In this document: one piece after another, positions 10,969 to 26,100 of the stretch
Numbering within the stretch: the stretch's first letter is position 1
How the letters are laid out: each line of letters begins with the position of its first letter
NCBI GenBank assembly: GCA_038496445.1
Contig: JALMLS010000085.1
Span: 124,001 to 188,000 of the forward strand
Length of the DNA stretch: 64,000 nt
Origin: Trichosphaerium sp. ATCC 40318
Lineage: Eukaryota; Protista; Tubulinea
Direction: 5' to 3'
Position numbers and translations under genes: made by a program
The notes under the pieces: model-generated
Seen by the model: only the letters and a program-made list of their open reading frames with translations
Database searches by the model: none
What the model was told of the DNA's origin: nothing

Positions 10969-13900
10969 ATGGCTACAAACCCTTCAAATGAGGTTGTTAC
11001 GCTACTTCGATCAGCGTACAGCCCACAGGAGAGTGTACGAAAGCCTGCAGAAGAACGGCTTTTAAACCACTGGTGAGTCACTTTTATTGCTTTAGTTAAC
11101 ATATAAAGGTTTAAACACAACGATTTCTTGGGTGTATTGGCGGTAAGCTCTTAAATAAATAATAAACCGCTAATAAACACCAGACTATCATAACAGCACC
11201 AGGAGTAGACTTGTCAACACGGAAATCAGCTGTAGTTCATTTCAAAAACGTTATAATTCAATTCTGGACCTACAACACTATACACGCGTACGTATAATTT
11301 ACAACGCACAACAAATAAGTTCAAAACGGCGGCAACGTTATTCAAAAAAACACATTCCTTTCGCTTCCTCATTATCGCCAGCTTTGGTCTTCCAGACGTT
11401 GTCAAAGCTCAAGTGAGGAGTAATATACTTTTACCTCTTCTTGGTAAATGTGGTGACAGTAAAGTAAGGCATTCATTACGGTTACAACAAATCTAACGTT
11501 GGTTGGTTCTAGATGTGCGAACAGCTTGCTGTAGCGATATCGCACGTGATTGGCTTAGATTATCCAAAAGTATGGCCAGGTGCCCTTGACGGACTTGCTG
11601 CGTATGCATTCCAGCAAGGTAATACACCACAGAGCCGTATGCTTGGGTTATCAGCGTTAAGACTTTGTATAAAGGTACTCTTTGGACTTCTTTCTTACAT
11701 CATCCTTAAACGGTTTTTTAGGCTCTTTGCTTCTCCAAGTCAAGAGATGATGATGCAAGAGTAGTATCAAAGCGTCAGGTATATATTCCATTGACACCCT
11801 TTTGAGTTGTTGGTGTTGTTTTATTAATTTTATGGTTCTAGATGCAAGTCCAAACAGTTAAGCAACTTGCACCTCAAATATGGTTAAAGGCAATGCCTCT
11901 TTTTGCAGAGTTATCAACAGCGCTATTGCGATCAGTTGGAGAGGTTAGTATCAGTGTATCAAGTGGTTCTTCTAACATATTGTTAGGACACACAAGATAT
12001 ATTGAAGAGAAGTGTGCTTTCTTTGTTAAAAATACTTGGTTATCTGATATCAAAATTTTTCCCTGCTTTTGCTCAACAAGATTCCTCGTTCGGTCAACGA
12101 TTTTTCTCAACACTATTGGATCGTTTGAATGCCTGCGTACAATGCCGTGAGTATATAAGACACATTGATAGCATTTTTGGTACTAACAGTGCCTTAGGAA
12201 AAGCTATTGGACCAAACGAAGAATTAGATAAAATTCCAGTTACTGCTTGTAAAATTATTACAAAGTGCCAAGAAGAGTTTCCTTTGACATTCGTGCCTGT
12301 GATGCAACCTTGTCTAGAATACTTTCTAGCACGTATAGAAGAAGCTTCAAACATACCTGATGGTCATCTATTCATGCCTTTTACAATTGCATGCGTCTAT
12401 TTCGTTGCAGGTTGTTTGCGTTGGCATGCAAGAAATCAGAATGTTGAGGACTTGAAGTCGTTCGCAGAACGTCATCCTAATCCACTTGCTGAGATTCCTA
12501 CAGGTACAGTATACTTCTACACCAATACGCAAACTAATGGACGTTTTAAGAGCAAGTATTGATGCAAGGACGAGCAATAATAGATGGGTTTTTTACTGAT
12601 CAAACGATGATCAGACTGCTTAATGTTGTGATTGGGTATCACTCATTATTTATTCACCAAGTCTGACTTTTCCGTACATAGGAGGTTTATGAGGTTAGAT
12701 AAAGAGTCTCTAGAGACATGGGAAAGTGATCCTGAACATTATCTCGAGGAAGAAATTGCTGATGCATACAAACATAGATTACAGGTATTAACTCTTCTTT
12801 GGCTGTATATTTACCACACGTGATTTTTGAATCGTTGCATATTTTTGGGTGTTGTTGTTTTAACAGTTTGTTAGCCTGCTGGAGAGTATTTACTTCAAAT
12901 AATGCTACGTTCTAAATCGAAGAAGATGAGTTTAGGCATATTACAAATGACACAACAGGCAATTGCTCAATCAACGCAACAACATACACTTGATAGTTTA
13001 GTATTCAAGGATGCATGTCTATATGCAGTATCTGCTGCGCCAAATCAGTTATGTCAGCACTTAAAGTTTGAAGATATGTTACAAAACCTTATACTCAAGG
13101 AGATGGCTAACCACGGCAATGATACATCACAGTAAGCTTCCGTTTAATAATGTTTTTTACCGTGTTGATATTTTTCCTGTTGACATGCTTTGACGAAGTG
13201 TTGATCATTTTCTTTCCTTCCTTTAGGTTTCGTGTTATCAGACGTCGTTTAGCTCAAATTATAGAAGCATGGGCTTTTGATGCCAGGAGGATTAACTCAT
13301 CTTCAAGAAGTCAGTTGTACAGTACGTTCTCTGAATTTTTTTTTTTGCTTGTTTGGTCAGTATGTCTTGCTTTATCATCGCTTATTTATCATATAGAGGT
13401 TGTGTTGTCCCTATTATCTGATAAAGATATTGTAGTTCGTGTATATGCTGCTATCGCTCTTAGAAATCGTGCGCCGTGAGCAACATTTAGAACACTTGAT
13501 TATTAACATGTCTTTTTTTTTAAGTTATTGAAGAGTATGATCTACAGAAAGAAGCATTTGCTGTATTCTTAAAACCAGCTGTTACTAGTATCATAAGATT
13601 AGTAAACGAGATGACCGAGGGTAGAACAACATATCATATGTTGGTACGTGTTGAAAAACAAAGAAAGAAGAAATGCGAACCTTTGAATGTTTTGCTTGCC
13701 TTTTACTGTTGTGGTTCTGTAAGCGTATTGATATACGATTTTACTTTAGAATATTGTATCTCATATAGTAGAAGCTATGGATAAAGACGCTGCACCTTTC
13801 CTACCTGAAATAATGCAGCAGATTTCGGGACTATGGCAAAAAGTACAAAATAGACATCTTGTTCAAAATGCTATTGTTGAGGTACTTGCCAGTATTGTAG

Positions 13901-15565
13901 GTACGTCCTAATCTTATTGCCTAACTCTTATTCATCCAGCATCGTTATTTATTAGATAAAGATTACTAACTTCTGTTTCATTAGCGGCGCTGCCTGAAGC
14001 TGTAAATAATAGTTCACATTTTTTTACAATGCTCAATGGATGTACTTCACCTGAGGCCATTAAGCATGGTATATTGCTTGAGTCTGGTCTTCATCTTTGG
14101 TATTATAATTAACAGAATTACGTTATGTGCTGACTTATATTTATAAGGTATAACATGGTCCAATTATCTCCACAAATCACTCCACAATTAGTACGGTTTT
14201 TTTTTGGATTGACACTTTTCATGTTGGATTAACAAGTTGTTTCTGTATTAGGCTCAGTTATTCCCTCGTTTACCTGTTATCATGGAACACAGTTTCGATG
14301 AAGGCCATATTCTGTGTGCTACAATTTGTCTACTAGAGGTAAAACAACAAAAGCAAAACATAAAACAAACAACACCCAGCCTTTGAAAAAAACATTGTGA
14401 CAGTTTATACTTACATATTTATTTTATAGGCTTATGTACTTATCGGTAAAATGCCATTTTTAAGCGTACATCATGATACTGTTGGTAAAATGTATGATTG
14501 TGCTATAAAGAATGTAAAGAAGGTAAGAAACTTTGGCTCTTTTGACATCATTAAAAAATGGTTGTTCTTATTTTTACGTACTTAGACCGGATGGGCTGTT
14601 GAGATCGTGGATAGCCTATCACGTGTAATGAGGGTATGTATCACAACATATTATTTTTCTTCCTGTTTTTGGCGAAGGACCTGATTGCTAAAGTGTTGAT
14701 AAGAATGAGAATATTTTGAGAAAGCGTTGTGCTTACTTTTTACTCTTTAGGCTTTCCCAAAAGATGCACCACCGTCCTTCTTCTCAGCTCTTCAAAGCAC
14801 TTTGTCATTATTTAGTAGATACAGTGTACGTATTCTATAAAAAACACTCAAATTGCAGAAAAATGATTGACAAAAATAATAGCAAAAAAGAACAGTACTA
14901 TCTGAGTGTGCACACTTGTTTGGTCGAATCTTCTTAAGCAATAGAACCTTTTTCTTGGAGTTTGCTCAAAAAACAGGAAGTAATACTATACCTCTTTTAT
15001 TGAAGGCTTTGATTGATCACGTGCGTACAACACCCATGGTCATCCATGTTTTTTTTTGTTAACATTAGTTGTAGGGTTATCGAGCTCCGTTCTTGAGTCG
15101 TTTGAGGGTTGGAATCTACTTTCTAGCCGGTATGCTACAATTAGGCGCTCCCGCAGCAATAGAGAATGCTGTACAGGTTGTGAATGCTATTGGAGAAATG
15201 TTAAGAACACTTCAAAAGAAGGAATCATCATCAAGAGTGTAAGCTTTTCTTTTGTTTTTTTCACCTTCACAAAACTAACATTTTGGTAGATACACGGAGC
15301 CATATGATGAAGTCACTTATAAATCAGCGTTATGGAATATCCGTAAACAAGTATGCTTGAGTTTTACTGTTTATTTTAATTGTGACAAACGCTGATATTT
15401 GTGTAGCTTGTTGAGAGTGATACCCTCAGTACACCTCAAGTAGAAAAGTTTGTGATTGATTCATTGATGGCTTGTAGGAATCAGCGCCCTGGTTTTGATA
15501 GTATATACGCACAAATTAAACCAAAGAACGCTGAAGTATTGAACGCCATAACGAAGCGTGTGTAG
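10969..15565 (+). CDS. IPO11: Importin-11-like karyopherin beta
   Basis: IBN_N-like start (VRKPAEERL), DYPKVWP, LETWESDPEHYLEEE, KDACLYAV, RVIRRRLAQII..W and DIVVR HEAT-repeat motifs. Confidence 0.8.
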
Positions 15566-16010
15566 GAGAATTATGTTCACAAATACATTGTTTACAATAC
15601 AAAATGTCAGCTGAGTCTAGCTCTTAGTTTATTTAATAAAAAGGCCAATTGAAATAATGTAAAAGCCACCTTGTAAACACATGTACACTAATGTTACATA
15701 TCAATATTTGCACTTTAAAAAAAGATCTAGTGCAAGTAAGGCAATATGTACCACAAGACTGATGTCAAAGTTCGAATCAGTTGAAAGCTAGGGTTTTTTT
15801 CCATGAGCGAAGGAAAAAACAACAAACTTGATTTTTGAGCTGAAAGTAAAAAATAAGTCTACTTCACCTTCATTCATTGAAGTTACATTGTATAGAGAGG
15901 AGAACTTGTATTGCGCACAATTAATAATAGCTTGAGGAATTGCACTTTTTCAACGGTAGTCAGAAGGTGGCTTAACCCAAAACTGTTTTTTTCAGTTCAA
16001 AGGCCGCAAT

Positions 16011-17342
16011 ATGGGCTCAAAGTCTTCTAAAGGCTCGAAAAAGAACCGTAAAGCACCACAAGCATCTAATGAAACTAAAATAAACGATGTCGGCAAAAAT
16101 CTTGAAGAAATTCCGTTAAAGTATTTTAAAATGAACCCGGAGGATGTAATGTTATCAAATAACGCGATTACAATCATATCACCAAGTATTTCACAATGGA
16201 CAGCTTTAAAGTATCTGTTTCTCAACGACAACAATATATCATCGCTTCCAAGTGAAATTGGGCACTTATCGAACTTGGAGGAGCTAAATATGACGAAAAA
16301 CAAGCTTACAACGCTTCCACCTGAGATAGGACAACTGACGAAACTCCACACCATTTATATCAACGATAATGACCTTACAGAGCTTCCTGATTCTATAGGG
16401 GATTGTATTAGTATGAGGGTATTCCATGCAAATAATAATAAGCTTAAAGGGTTTCCTGATACACTCTCAAAATGGACAAGCATAAAAATGGCACGTGATA
16501 AAAATAAAAATCGTTACGTCATTTTCTCTTTTTTTGTTTTTTTCTTATTACATCTACACTGTACTCAAAGTCAATTTACCTAACTTATAGACTACTGCTT
16601 ATTTGTCTATAATACCTGCAATTTGTTGAATTAAACGGAAGCAATACTGTTGACCCTCATCAACACGCCACAATTTTTTTTACTTTTCAGTTTTTCAGGT
16701 TTTTTTAACTATGACGTTTGGTATTCCATTTCGTACAACCTACTTATTTTTTATGTCTAGTTTTATGTCAACGATAATGATATTGAAAGTATTCCTGAAG
16801 GATTATCAACGTGGGTTAAATTAGAAAGGTTCTTTGCTAATAACAATAAAATAAAATCACTACCAGAAGAAATAACAACATGGCCTTGTATCCAAAAGTA
16901 CGTAAACACCAACACCATTTTAACATCTAAACCATATACCTAACCTCTATACAGGCTATACTTGAATGACAATAATCTTAAAACATTTGAAGGTGTTGAA
17001 TCGCTTACAACGCTCGATGAACTTTACTTGAATCAAAACAAGATTACTGAAATACCTAATGGTGTTAACGGACTTACAAACTTGAACAAGCTTTATCTTA
17101 TCGGAAATAAGCTTAATATAATACCAAAAGAACTAACAGAGCTTCATGAGATTGAGCTACTGTACCTTAGTAATAATGATATTGATACATTGCCTGATGA
17201 GATCAGCGATTGGTCTAACTTGAAGTTCTTGCACTTACAAGGTAATGATAAATTGTCCCATATGCCACCTTGTTTTGCAGATCTCAAAATTCAAGAGTTT
17301 AAGCACAATGATTTAGTAGATGATAATGAGGATTTATCATGA
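16011..17342 (+). CDS. N-myristoylated leucine-rich repeat protein
   Basis: MGSKSSK myristoylation motif plus basic patch; ~23-aa LxxLxLxxNxLxxLPxxI repeats; 3 exons, first intron GC-AG (16491-16760). Confidence 0.88.
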
Positions 17343-17740
17343 GGAATAGCGAAAGTGCCTATACCTGACACACCATAAAAACAATAAATCAACTCTACGA
17401 AACAAGGTTTAAAAAAAAAAGAAAAAAATGAGAAAAAAGTTTGACTTATCCTGGCTTGTTTATCACTCACTGTCACCAAAATCAAGTCATGTTGCTTGTT
17501 TCTTATTAAACCGTTATTGTACTAGTTTATTACAATCATTCAATGTCCAATGTCTATTTTATATTGAAGCAAGCTTATATTTCTTCAACGTCCTTCTTTT
17601 CAATGTTGTAACACGCCACAAATGTATTCAAGACTACAGCGATTGGTTACGCAATATACATCAATCAGAGGTTATTTGAATATTTTATTATCTATCTAGC
17701 AACAAGGACATGTTTCTTTACTTTTTTTGGTGATGACCTT

Positions 17741-18730
17741 TTATTCTTTTCCAGACCAACAAAAAATCGATGAATAAAAGGTGTTTGCAAAGTACCTGAA
17801 CCAACCATGTAAAATATTATGAAACATCAGTAATGGAAAAACAAGTGTGTTGAATGATCTTATCAATAAACCGCTACTTTGAGTACCAGTTTTCTTGTTG
17901 GTACCAAAGTGTTTTTTCCTTCTTGTTTTTTTCATGCTGAACCATCTCTTTACCTCATCATCTGCCTCTGTAGCGGGCTTTCCATTCTCAATCCATTCTT
18001 TATTGCTTATTAGCTTACCATCAATCCACATGCTTAATGATCTAAGTTGTCCATTTTCATGCCATTCCTTACTTTCACCGTTTGGTTTACCATTGATAAA
18101 TGGGATAGATGCCATAAGCTGTCCGTTTTCATACCACAATTTAGATTCACCATGTTCTTTGCTATCAACAAACATACACCAACTCGCAAGTTGTCCATTT
18201 TCATACCACTCCTTTATTTCGCCGTTCTGTTTACCATTGGCCCAAGTGCTTTGAGCTTTAACTTGTCCATTTTCATGCCACTCCTTTCGTTCACCATTTT
18301 GTTTACCATTGGTCCAAGTGCTTTCAGCTTCAAGTTGCCCGTTTTTATACCACTGCTTAGCTTTGCCGTTTGGTTTACCATCAATCTCTGTGCCACACAC
18401 CCTGAGTTGGCCCCTTTCATACCACTCCTTAACTTTGCCGTTTGGTTTACCATTGACATAATTTCTTTGAGATGATAGTTGTCCATTTTCATACCACGTC
18501 TTAACTTCGCCGTTTTGTTTACCATTGACATAACTACTTTGAGATTTGGGGTGTCCGTTATTATACCAACTGATCCATTTTCCTTTGCGTTCTAATGACT
18601 CATCAAAATGAGTGTTGATTGCTGCTCTCCTCGACAATGTATGGAACTTTGTGAATGTTTTCGAGTCGAAAGTACAGATGTACTGTTGGATATCACATGG
18701 TAGATCCAACAAAGTCAAAGAAGACGACAT
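17741..18730 (-). CDS. F-box-like N-terminus plus MORN2/YwqK-type repeat protein
   Basis: LLDLPCDIQQYIC (F-box-like) followed by eight 24-aa GxxKxWYENGQLx6(N/D)GKxN repeats in a single exon; 3' end may be spliced. Confidence 0.8.
   Translation of the reverse strand: MSSSLTLLDLPCDIQQYICTFDSKTFTKFHTLSRRAAINTHFDESLERKGKWISWYNNGHPKSQSSYVNGKQNGEVKTWYENGQLSSQRNYVNGKPNGKVKEWYERGQLRVCGTEIDGKPNGKAKQWYKNGQLEAESTWTNGKQNGERKEWHENGQVKAQSTWANGKQNGEIKEWYENGQLASWCMFVDSKEHGESKLWYENGQLMASIPFINGKPNGESKEWHENGQLRSLSMWIDGKLISNKEWIENGKPATEADDEVKRWFSMKKTRRKKHFGTNKKTGTQSSGLLIRSFNTLVFPLLMFHNILHGWFRYFANTFYSSIFCWSGKE
17980..18585 (-). repeat. 72-bp-period coding tandem repeat (MORN2)
   Basis: Recurrent tgtccattttcatacca / tttaccattg units at ~72-bp spacing. 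Confidence 0.85.
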
Positions 18731-20151
18731 TGTAAGTTCAAAAAACTAAATAAAGCGTAAGTACCGAGAAGGTGAGCGGTAAATTGAAAATCTAATTTGA
18801 CTTTGCAATTGTTGTTAAAGCACAAACAGCGGATAGCAATTACAACAAATCCACAAAAAAACCAGCGCATAGTAAAAAAAAGCACTGAGTCTTCGACAAG
18901 TGCTTGGTTATTTACCTTAAAGAGGTTCGCTACTACTGTATTTAGTCAACCAAAGTGAGTACTAGGATGAGGAAGACAGGTATTTTGGTGAGTTCACAAT
19001 TTGAGGTGAGTTTAGAGTTTGTCTCAAATCTGTTTGCGTTTTTTTTTACCGTGGTGAAGAACTGATAATCTCGTAGGCAGAATAAATTGTAAGATCTGTC
19101 GTTCAAGAGAACTAAAAAAAAAGGTAAGAATGTGTATGATTTAAGTGTAGGGAAGTGTTTTTTAGACCGCCTTTAGGCGAATAAGTACATTGATTTCTTA
19201 ACCAGGCGTTTACAGTTTGAGAAAAAAAATGAAGGCAGGATTTATGTTACTAATGTTGGTGGTATGTAACCTACTTACGTTACGCCTTTTGGTGTCTGAC
19301 ACGGTATTGTATGTGACTTTACCTTAACTGAGTTTAGCTTTGCCTTACACGTGACACAAGTTTTTATGCTTAGCACAACGTGACATGCTTAAAAATACCT
19401 AGTTTGCAGTACCACCACGTTCATTCTTTCTTTAAACTGCTTTGAAGATCCACGCTTTTAAAAGCTCCATTGAACAAATTAAATTCAGGCGTAAAACCCC
19501 AAACAGTATTCGTAAATGAGGTTTATGCTAATAGTTTGTGTGGTTGACGTTTATTTGTGCAAACAAAAGAGTGTTTGTGTTTGATTGTTCAGATTTTTAT
19601 TTATTGCAACAATTTTTATAGTACATGTGTTTTTTTTTACAGTGGAAGTGTACAGTACAATGTGGGTGGGTTTTTGTTGTTGTTTTTGTTGGTGTGTCTT
19701 CACCTCACGCAGATTTGAGTTTTTGTAATTTTTCTATTATTGAAGGATGTAACTTTTCTCCTCTGAATATTTCACGCAAATCACGTGATTTTGAGCTTGA
19801 ATCCTTTTTTTTTGGTTGAAAATGAAAGTTTCTTTGTAAGTGCACAAGTGCATCATGACGTGTTATTTTACGCTTACGATATATAACTTGTTCATCCCAA
19901 TACCTTTTATTATCTCCCTAACAACCTCAATCAGAAAAAAGAAGAAACAAAAAAAAACTGATCAAAAAAAAAATCCTTTTAAAAGTTTGTTTGATTTCAA
20001 AGCTACCGAATACAACTCCGTTTAAAAAAAAAAAGTTTCTTACATGTTTGTACGAAATAATTAATTTAAAACCACCAAAAGTGTACAAATGCATAACTTG
20101 CAAGAAATGTCAAAATGATCTATTTTTTTTCGAATTTTTTAATTTGATTTG

Positions 20152-23100
20152 TCAATACGTTACCTCTTTGTCGTGTGTATCCAAAACTTCTAAAATTTCA
20201 TCCATGCTGAGTATATCACCCTCTTTATTTTTACTACTACCATTTCCAGTTGTTTTCTTAGCCCTAGACTGAGCTAACTTCCACATATTTGCTTCAATAG
20301 TATCTTTTACAATAAATCTATAAACACTCGTTTCTTTAGTTTGTCCTATCCTATCAACGCGTCCTATAGCCTAAAATATCCTCGTAAATAACATACTACC
20401 AAAAAAAAGAAAAAAAAGAGATTGTCATGAGGACACAGCAACAAGAAAAATCCCAGCAGCTATTTCAAAAAAACGAGCTCTGCAAGAATTTTACTTCGAC
20501 TCTCTTCGAGAAATTGATCTTATTCTGCGTATTAAATATTACTTACTTGTGCTTCAGCTGCCAAATTTACACTAGGTTCAACAAGAATAATTTCTGTCGC
20601 TTCTAAAGAGTTCTCTTAGCATAAAAAATAAAACGAAAGAAAAAAGTGAGAAAGTTTTCTTTTTAGAAACAATTTCTGGCGATAGGAGCTCTTTTCGGTT
20701 GTAACAATTTCATACCAGTTAGGTTAAGACCGTTAGCTCCATTGTGATGTGTTAATAATAATACACGAACATCATTATCAGTCTTAAACTTTCGGACTTG
20801 TTTCTCATTTCGTTTTCCACTTCCGTGAAGTTGTAAATAAGATATACCATTTTCTTGAAGTGCTCGAGCAATAATAACTAGGAAATCATGTCAGTATATA
20901 ATCTGGTATGTGATAATATAGATAAACTTACCTAATACATCACTCCACTCTGAGAAAACCAAAACTTTTGCTTCAGAATTTTTTAGGAAAATATCCATAA
21001 GTTTGAAGAGAATGGCATCAATTTTTGTTCCCCAGCTACCCTTGATGCTTAGTTTAGGGTCTCTGTTTGCATTTGATGTATCATCACGTGTAACAAAAGA
21101 TATTTCTTCCTTATTCATATGTGCTCGGCAGTTTGGACAGTTGATTGTTCGTCTATGTGGTTGTGCTTTAATCAAATGAGAAACGCACTCTACACAGAAT
21201 TCATGACCACAAAGTAGCATTACCACTTCGTTTCCTATTTCTTCTTGACAAATAGGACATATTGATTGATCCTAGGAAGTAAAGTTAGTCTAAAACTCAT
21301 GGGAGAGAAAGTACAAAAGTTGTTCTTTTTTGAAAAAAGGCATTTTAGACTTTGTATGGAAGCTTCGAGTTCTATTAGTTTGGTGCGCTTACCCTTTTTT
21401 TCGTTATCAATGATTGCAGGTATAAGCTTTGTCCTTTTTGTTGCCGTAAGGTTTGTTTACTCTTTGAAAGAAGATTCTGATACTGTGTCCTATAAGGCTC
21501 TATTTCTTCCTCTTGAATAATATAATGACGTTGTTTGCTTGTAATTTGTTCTCCTAAACAACATTCAATAAGAACATAGCTCCAAATAGCATCAAATACA
21601 AACAAGACTGCGTGCTTACAGCTGTTTGGTTTTTGAAGAAAAAAGGGAAATGTAACGCACCTGGCATAGCTAGTCTGATACGTATCTTCGCCATATAAAG
21701 TTCATCTTGTGCTAAAGTTTAAGTGTAAGTTTTTTGAAATATGTCAACACGTGTTTTCACACGTGATTTTTTTTTTGTTTATTTGTTTTTCCTTCAAAAA
21801 GATGCGGTACCTTGCAAAACTTCGAAGAGAGAGTTGGAGTGATGTAACATAACATCGAGTTCTCTTTTCATTGCGTTGAAGTACTCAAAATAAATATTAA
21901 GGTTTTGTCCGACCCACTGAGAATCCATTAAACGTCTTTGATGTGCGAATTGAGCTAAGTAACGTAATATCACTTCAAGCTCAGATTGTTGCCTACGAGA
22001 GTAAATAGAACGAACAGGATTTAGAAAACAATGGGGACAAAGCAAAGTAAGGTAAAAATATCGAAATACAAGTATTTCCGGGTGACTGCGTACCTTATTC
22101 GCGAAGAAACAGCCCGAGATGAATCGCTCACACTCTCGGAGTTAGTTCCTGATGCACATCTAAATAGTCTGTCTTCCCAATCACTAATCCTTGTACGATA
22201 CTTGAACAATATTAGCGAAAACGTCGCTTAGAACAAAATTTGTATGTACCAAACATATATGACATAAAGGACCTTCACGTTTATTACAAGACTTGCAATT
22301 AGACCAAGCAATGTATTGAGAATGAGTAGGCTGCCTATCAGCAAGACCGAACGCAGTCTAAAACAAAGTTAGTATCACGTGTACACAAATTGTTTTATTC
22401 CAAAAAACGCACCCCAAGTAGTTCTTGCCTCATCTTTTCCACATCAACAAGCTCATTCATTAATACCATACGAAATCCACTAACATCACGGAATAAATTA
22501 ATTAGTGATCGCCGACGATAATGCCATGAAGTCACAGCCCTATTATTGGCAACTAAAAAGGGTTTAAGTTTATTGATTATTTTCGTGTCCGTACTTTCAA
22601 GGGCTTCTCTTGCTCCATATGCGAAAGCTTCACATTGATCCTTCCCGGTTTGCTATTATAGTTATGAGATGAACAACACAGTGAAGGAAAAGGGAAAAAA
22701 AACATCGAAGCATAGATGTTCATACCATTAAACGCAGTAAGCATTGGTTCCACCACACTTGCTCTGAAAAATATGTGTCGATACGTTTAGTATTCGCTTT
22801 AGCATGTGCATTACATAGTTGAACATATTTAGTTGAAACAATTTGCAAGAAACCCCTACAGCAAGAGGTAAGAGAAGATCTTAGAAAAAAAAAAACATAA
22901 CAGTCGGTTTCTTCTTTGTACCTCAAATATCCTGTACTCAAGGCTTGCTCCTCTGCACCAAGTCTTTGGAGTTCATTAATATGTACATTAGAACCAGTAT
23001 TCAACCCTTTTAAAAAATTAGTATTGGTCACCATGAAGGAATAACGAAACATACGTTGCAAAGCATATGCTAAATTTGAGTACGCGTGCACTTTTTGTGG

Positions 23101-26100
23101 AGCGTCTACACCGTCTTCTATAGCCAAGACTTCACGGTAGAGGCTGATCGCAGACTTGATACTTTCAGTATCATCATCTAAGTACCAATTAGTAACGTTC
23201 AAGATTTCAAGAGGTCATTGAAAGAAAAAGAAGAAAGAAACTAACCTTCAATCAACGCAAGTGCAGCAAGGCCATTCATGGAAAGTACAACTTCTCTTTG
23301 AGTTTCTTTAGTATCTAACTTAGACTTTTGAATAAGATGACGCAGTAGTTCGTCCATGGACATAGTATTCCGCTGCAATAGACCTACGCAACAACTTTAG
23401 ATGAAACTAAAAAAAAAACTTGAACTCCTTTTTTTAATGTTACCTTGCTCTATGCCAACTTGTGGATGACAACATACTTGTCGTAATCTCAATAAAGAGT
23501 TGAACATTGTGTTATTCTGATTCATTGTTAAAGTACGTTTTTGTGACTTTGTAACAAGAGTCTTAATAGCTTCAGAAATCTCATTATGATGTTGTTGATA
23601 ATTATAAGCTTCTACTTCTGTAAAGTCTAGAAATTCAACATGTTGAGATTGATCAGGGAGATTAAGTTCATCTTTAACAGAATCCTTATTATTACGCCAC
23701 ATTATACGCTAACCAAAAAACATAAGAAACTAAGCGATGTAACAAGCAAAATTCAAAATTCCAAAAAAAAAAAAAGTTCGTACACGTAACATGTTCAGCA
23801 TTCGTTTCTCTGCTTCACTATCACCCTTTTCTACGGGCTCTTGCATACAATTTTTCCACCAGTGTCGATCAGAATAAGGGTACACTCGTAAGAAGGATGA
23901 TAACCCATACAAGTCATCTAATCCTCGTTGTATTGGTGTCCCTGATACAGACCATCTATGGTGCGCTTTAAGTGACGAAACGAGTCTAGATGCAGCGGAC
24001 GATCCACCGCCGATCATTTGTGATTCATCCAAAACAATACGCCTACGGAATAAATTAGTTTTTGATCAGCGGGCAAAAGTCCGAACCAAAACTTGACGTG
24101 TTGAAGAGGTGTAGGTACTACACGGTAATTTTTCTTTCCCCGAAGGGATCTATTGTTCTTATTTGCATCCTGTACATGTCCGACCTCGTTCTGAGCAAAG
24201 GTTAGTATCAGTGTTATTACTACAAGCGACTAAAAAGGAAAAAAAAAAATTCAAACGAAACGGTATTTTTTTACCACGTGTTCAAATTATGTTTTTTTAA
24301 CTTCTACGTACATTAAGCACCGTATACGATGTTAATATGATATCATAATTTGCAAATTGCTTAGGACGTAATACTTTATGGTTACTAGCCCTTTTAAACA
24401 TTTCTCTAATACCAACATACTCCAAAACCTAACGAAACAAAAAATAAGAAACACAAAAAATAAAAAAATTTTGTTGTGTTTGGAGTGACGTACACGTAAT
24501 CCACCTTCTATTGTATGTTTCGCTATCTCATCTTTCCATTGGAATAAAATAGGTTGCGGGCATACAACAAGCGTTGCTAGTAACTAGTTGTCAGAATAAT
24601 TGAAAAAAGTTAAAAAAAGCTTTTCAAACCTTTAATTTCTATGTCGGGTTTCTTTGCTTCGCAAGTCGGGCATACATAATCAACTTCAGTTGTATCGAAT
24701 CCAACGCATGCTTGGTGTTGCCATGTATTACATTCAGTACAGTGCACCCAATCAGTGAGGCGCGGTTGTGATGAACTACCACCGCAGTAGCACCTAGTAA
24801 TTGTTATGATTCGTGGTGCCAAAATGGAAGAAAAAGCGTACCACTCAGTTTCTTCGTCAGAGTCGTAGCCATCTTCATCAACAACGTTTTGGTGTTTATT
24901 TCGCTTGCGCTTCTTAGATACCTTAGATATAACAGCAGGAAGGGATGTTGGTTTAGTGTTGTGCAGAATCAACGTTAAAATTTCGACTGTCTTTCCCAAA
25001 CCCTAAAACAGAGTATAAATAGCTGTTTAGATACGAAATCGCAAGACAACATGGTGAACTCCTTTGTTCGAGTTGCGTACCATTTCATCCGCGAGAATGC
25101 CGCCTTGAATCTCATCGAGCTCTGTCGTTACTTTGGTACAAAAGGAGCCTGTGAACTAAGAACAAAGTCAACGGAAAGAAAAACCCCAAAAAACGTCAAA
25201 CGCAGTACTTTGCTATAATACACCATAAGCGGTTCTTCACAACGCGTTTCTATTTTTTGCCAGTAAGGATTGATTTCATCCGGTGCTGATACCACCGTTT
25301 CGTTATGTTCTCTCGTTACCATCCAGTGTACTGCTCGTTTCTAGTTTTAAAACGATATAAGCCAATAAAAAACTTTGTGAAATAATTTGTCACGTGGCAC
25401 GTGCGAAAAAAATTTCTGTTTTTTGAACTAGTTTTCCACCAAAACTGAATAACATACCTGGTATGGACGAAGGACTGGTAGTAAACAAGGATGTGTCAAG
25501 TCTTTAGGGACAACATGAGGAGGCTTAATAGAATCGAGAATTTCACTCGGAGAAAGAGTGCCAGCCTGGCTGTTTTCTTCGCTTGAACCTGAATTTTTCA
25601 AGGTAGGAAGACCCTTATATTTCTGTGGGTATGCCCAGGATAAAATCATATCCATGCTCCTTCTGTAACATGCAGATTGTATCGTGGAATCTTGTGAAAC
25701 TTTTTGAATCACTTTTTTCGAAAGCAACACGCCAAGCGTCAGTTTATACCATACACGATTTTCTGTCTTCTTTTTGCTATTTTTGTTCAATGACCTTGTT
25801 TTCTTTACACATATTTGTACTGGTAATAATATTACACGTTGTTGACAAAAGTACTGAATAGCCGATTGAATCTTCTTTGTTGAAAGAATTTTAATATCAT
25901 CTTTATCGATATCCACACGTTCGTTATATTCATCTATACCTATAACTCTACCTTGTAGCAATAGCAAGTAGTTTATAGAAGACAATACATCACTTTTTCC
26001 ACGTGCATCAATTGTACCTTTTTCAAAAATCAGTGATTTATTCAAAGAAAAAAAGTCACACAAACAAATAAACAAAAAAAAACTTCAAATGACATTTTCC

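Noticed and set aside
15770-15778. GTTCGAATC B-box suggesting a tRNA or SINE
   Set aside because: No cloverleaf or correctly spaced A-box
17895-18531. Overlapping alternative-frame and antisense ORFs
   Set aside because: Shadows of the MORN2 repeat
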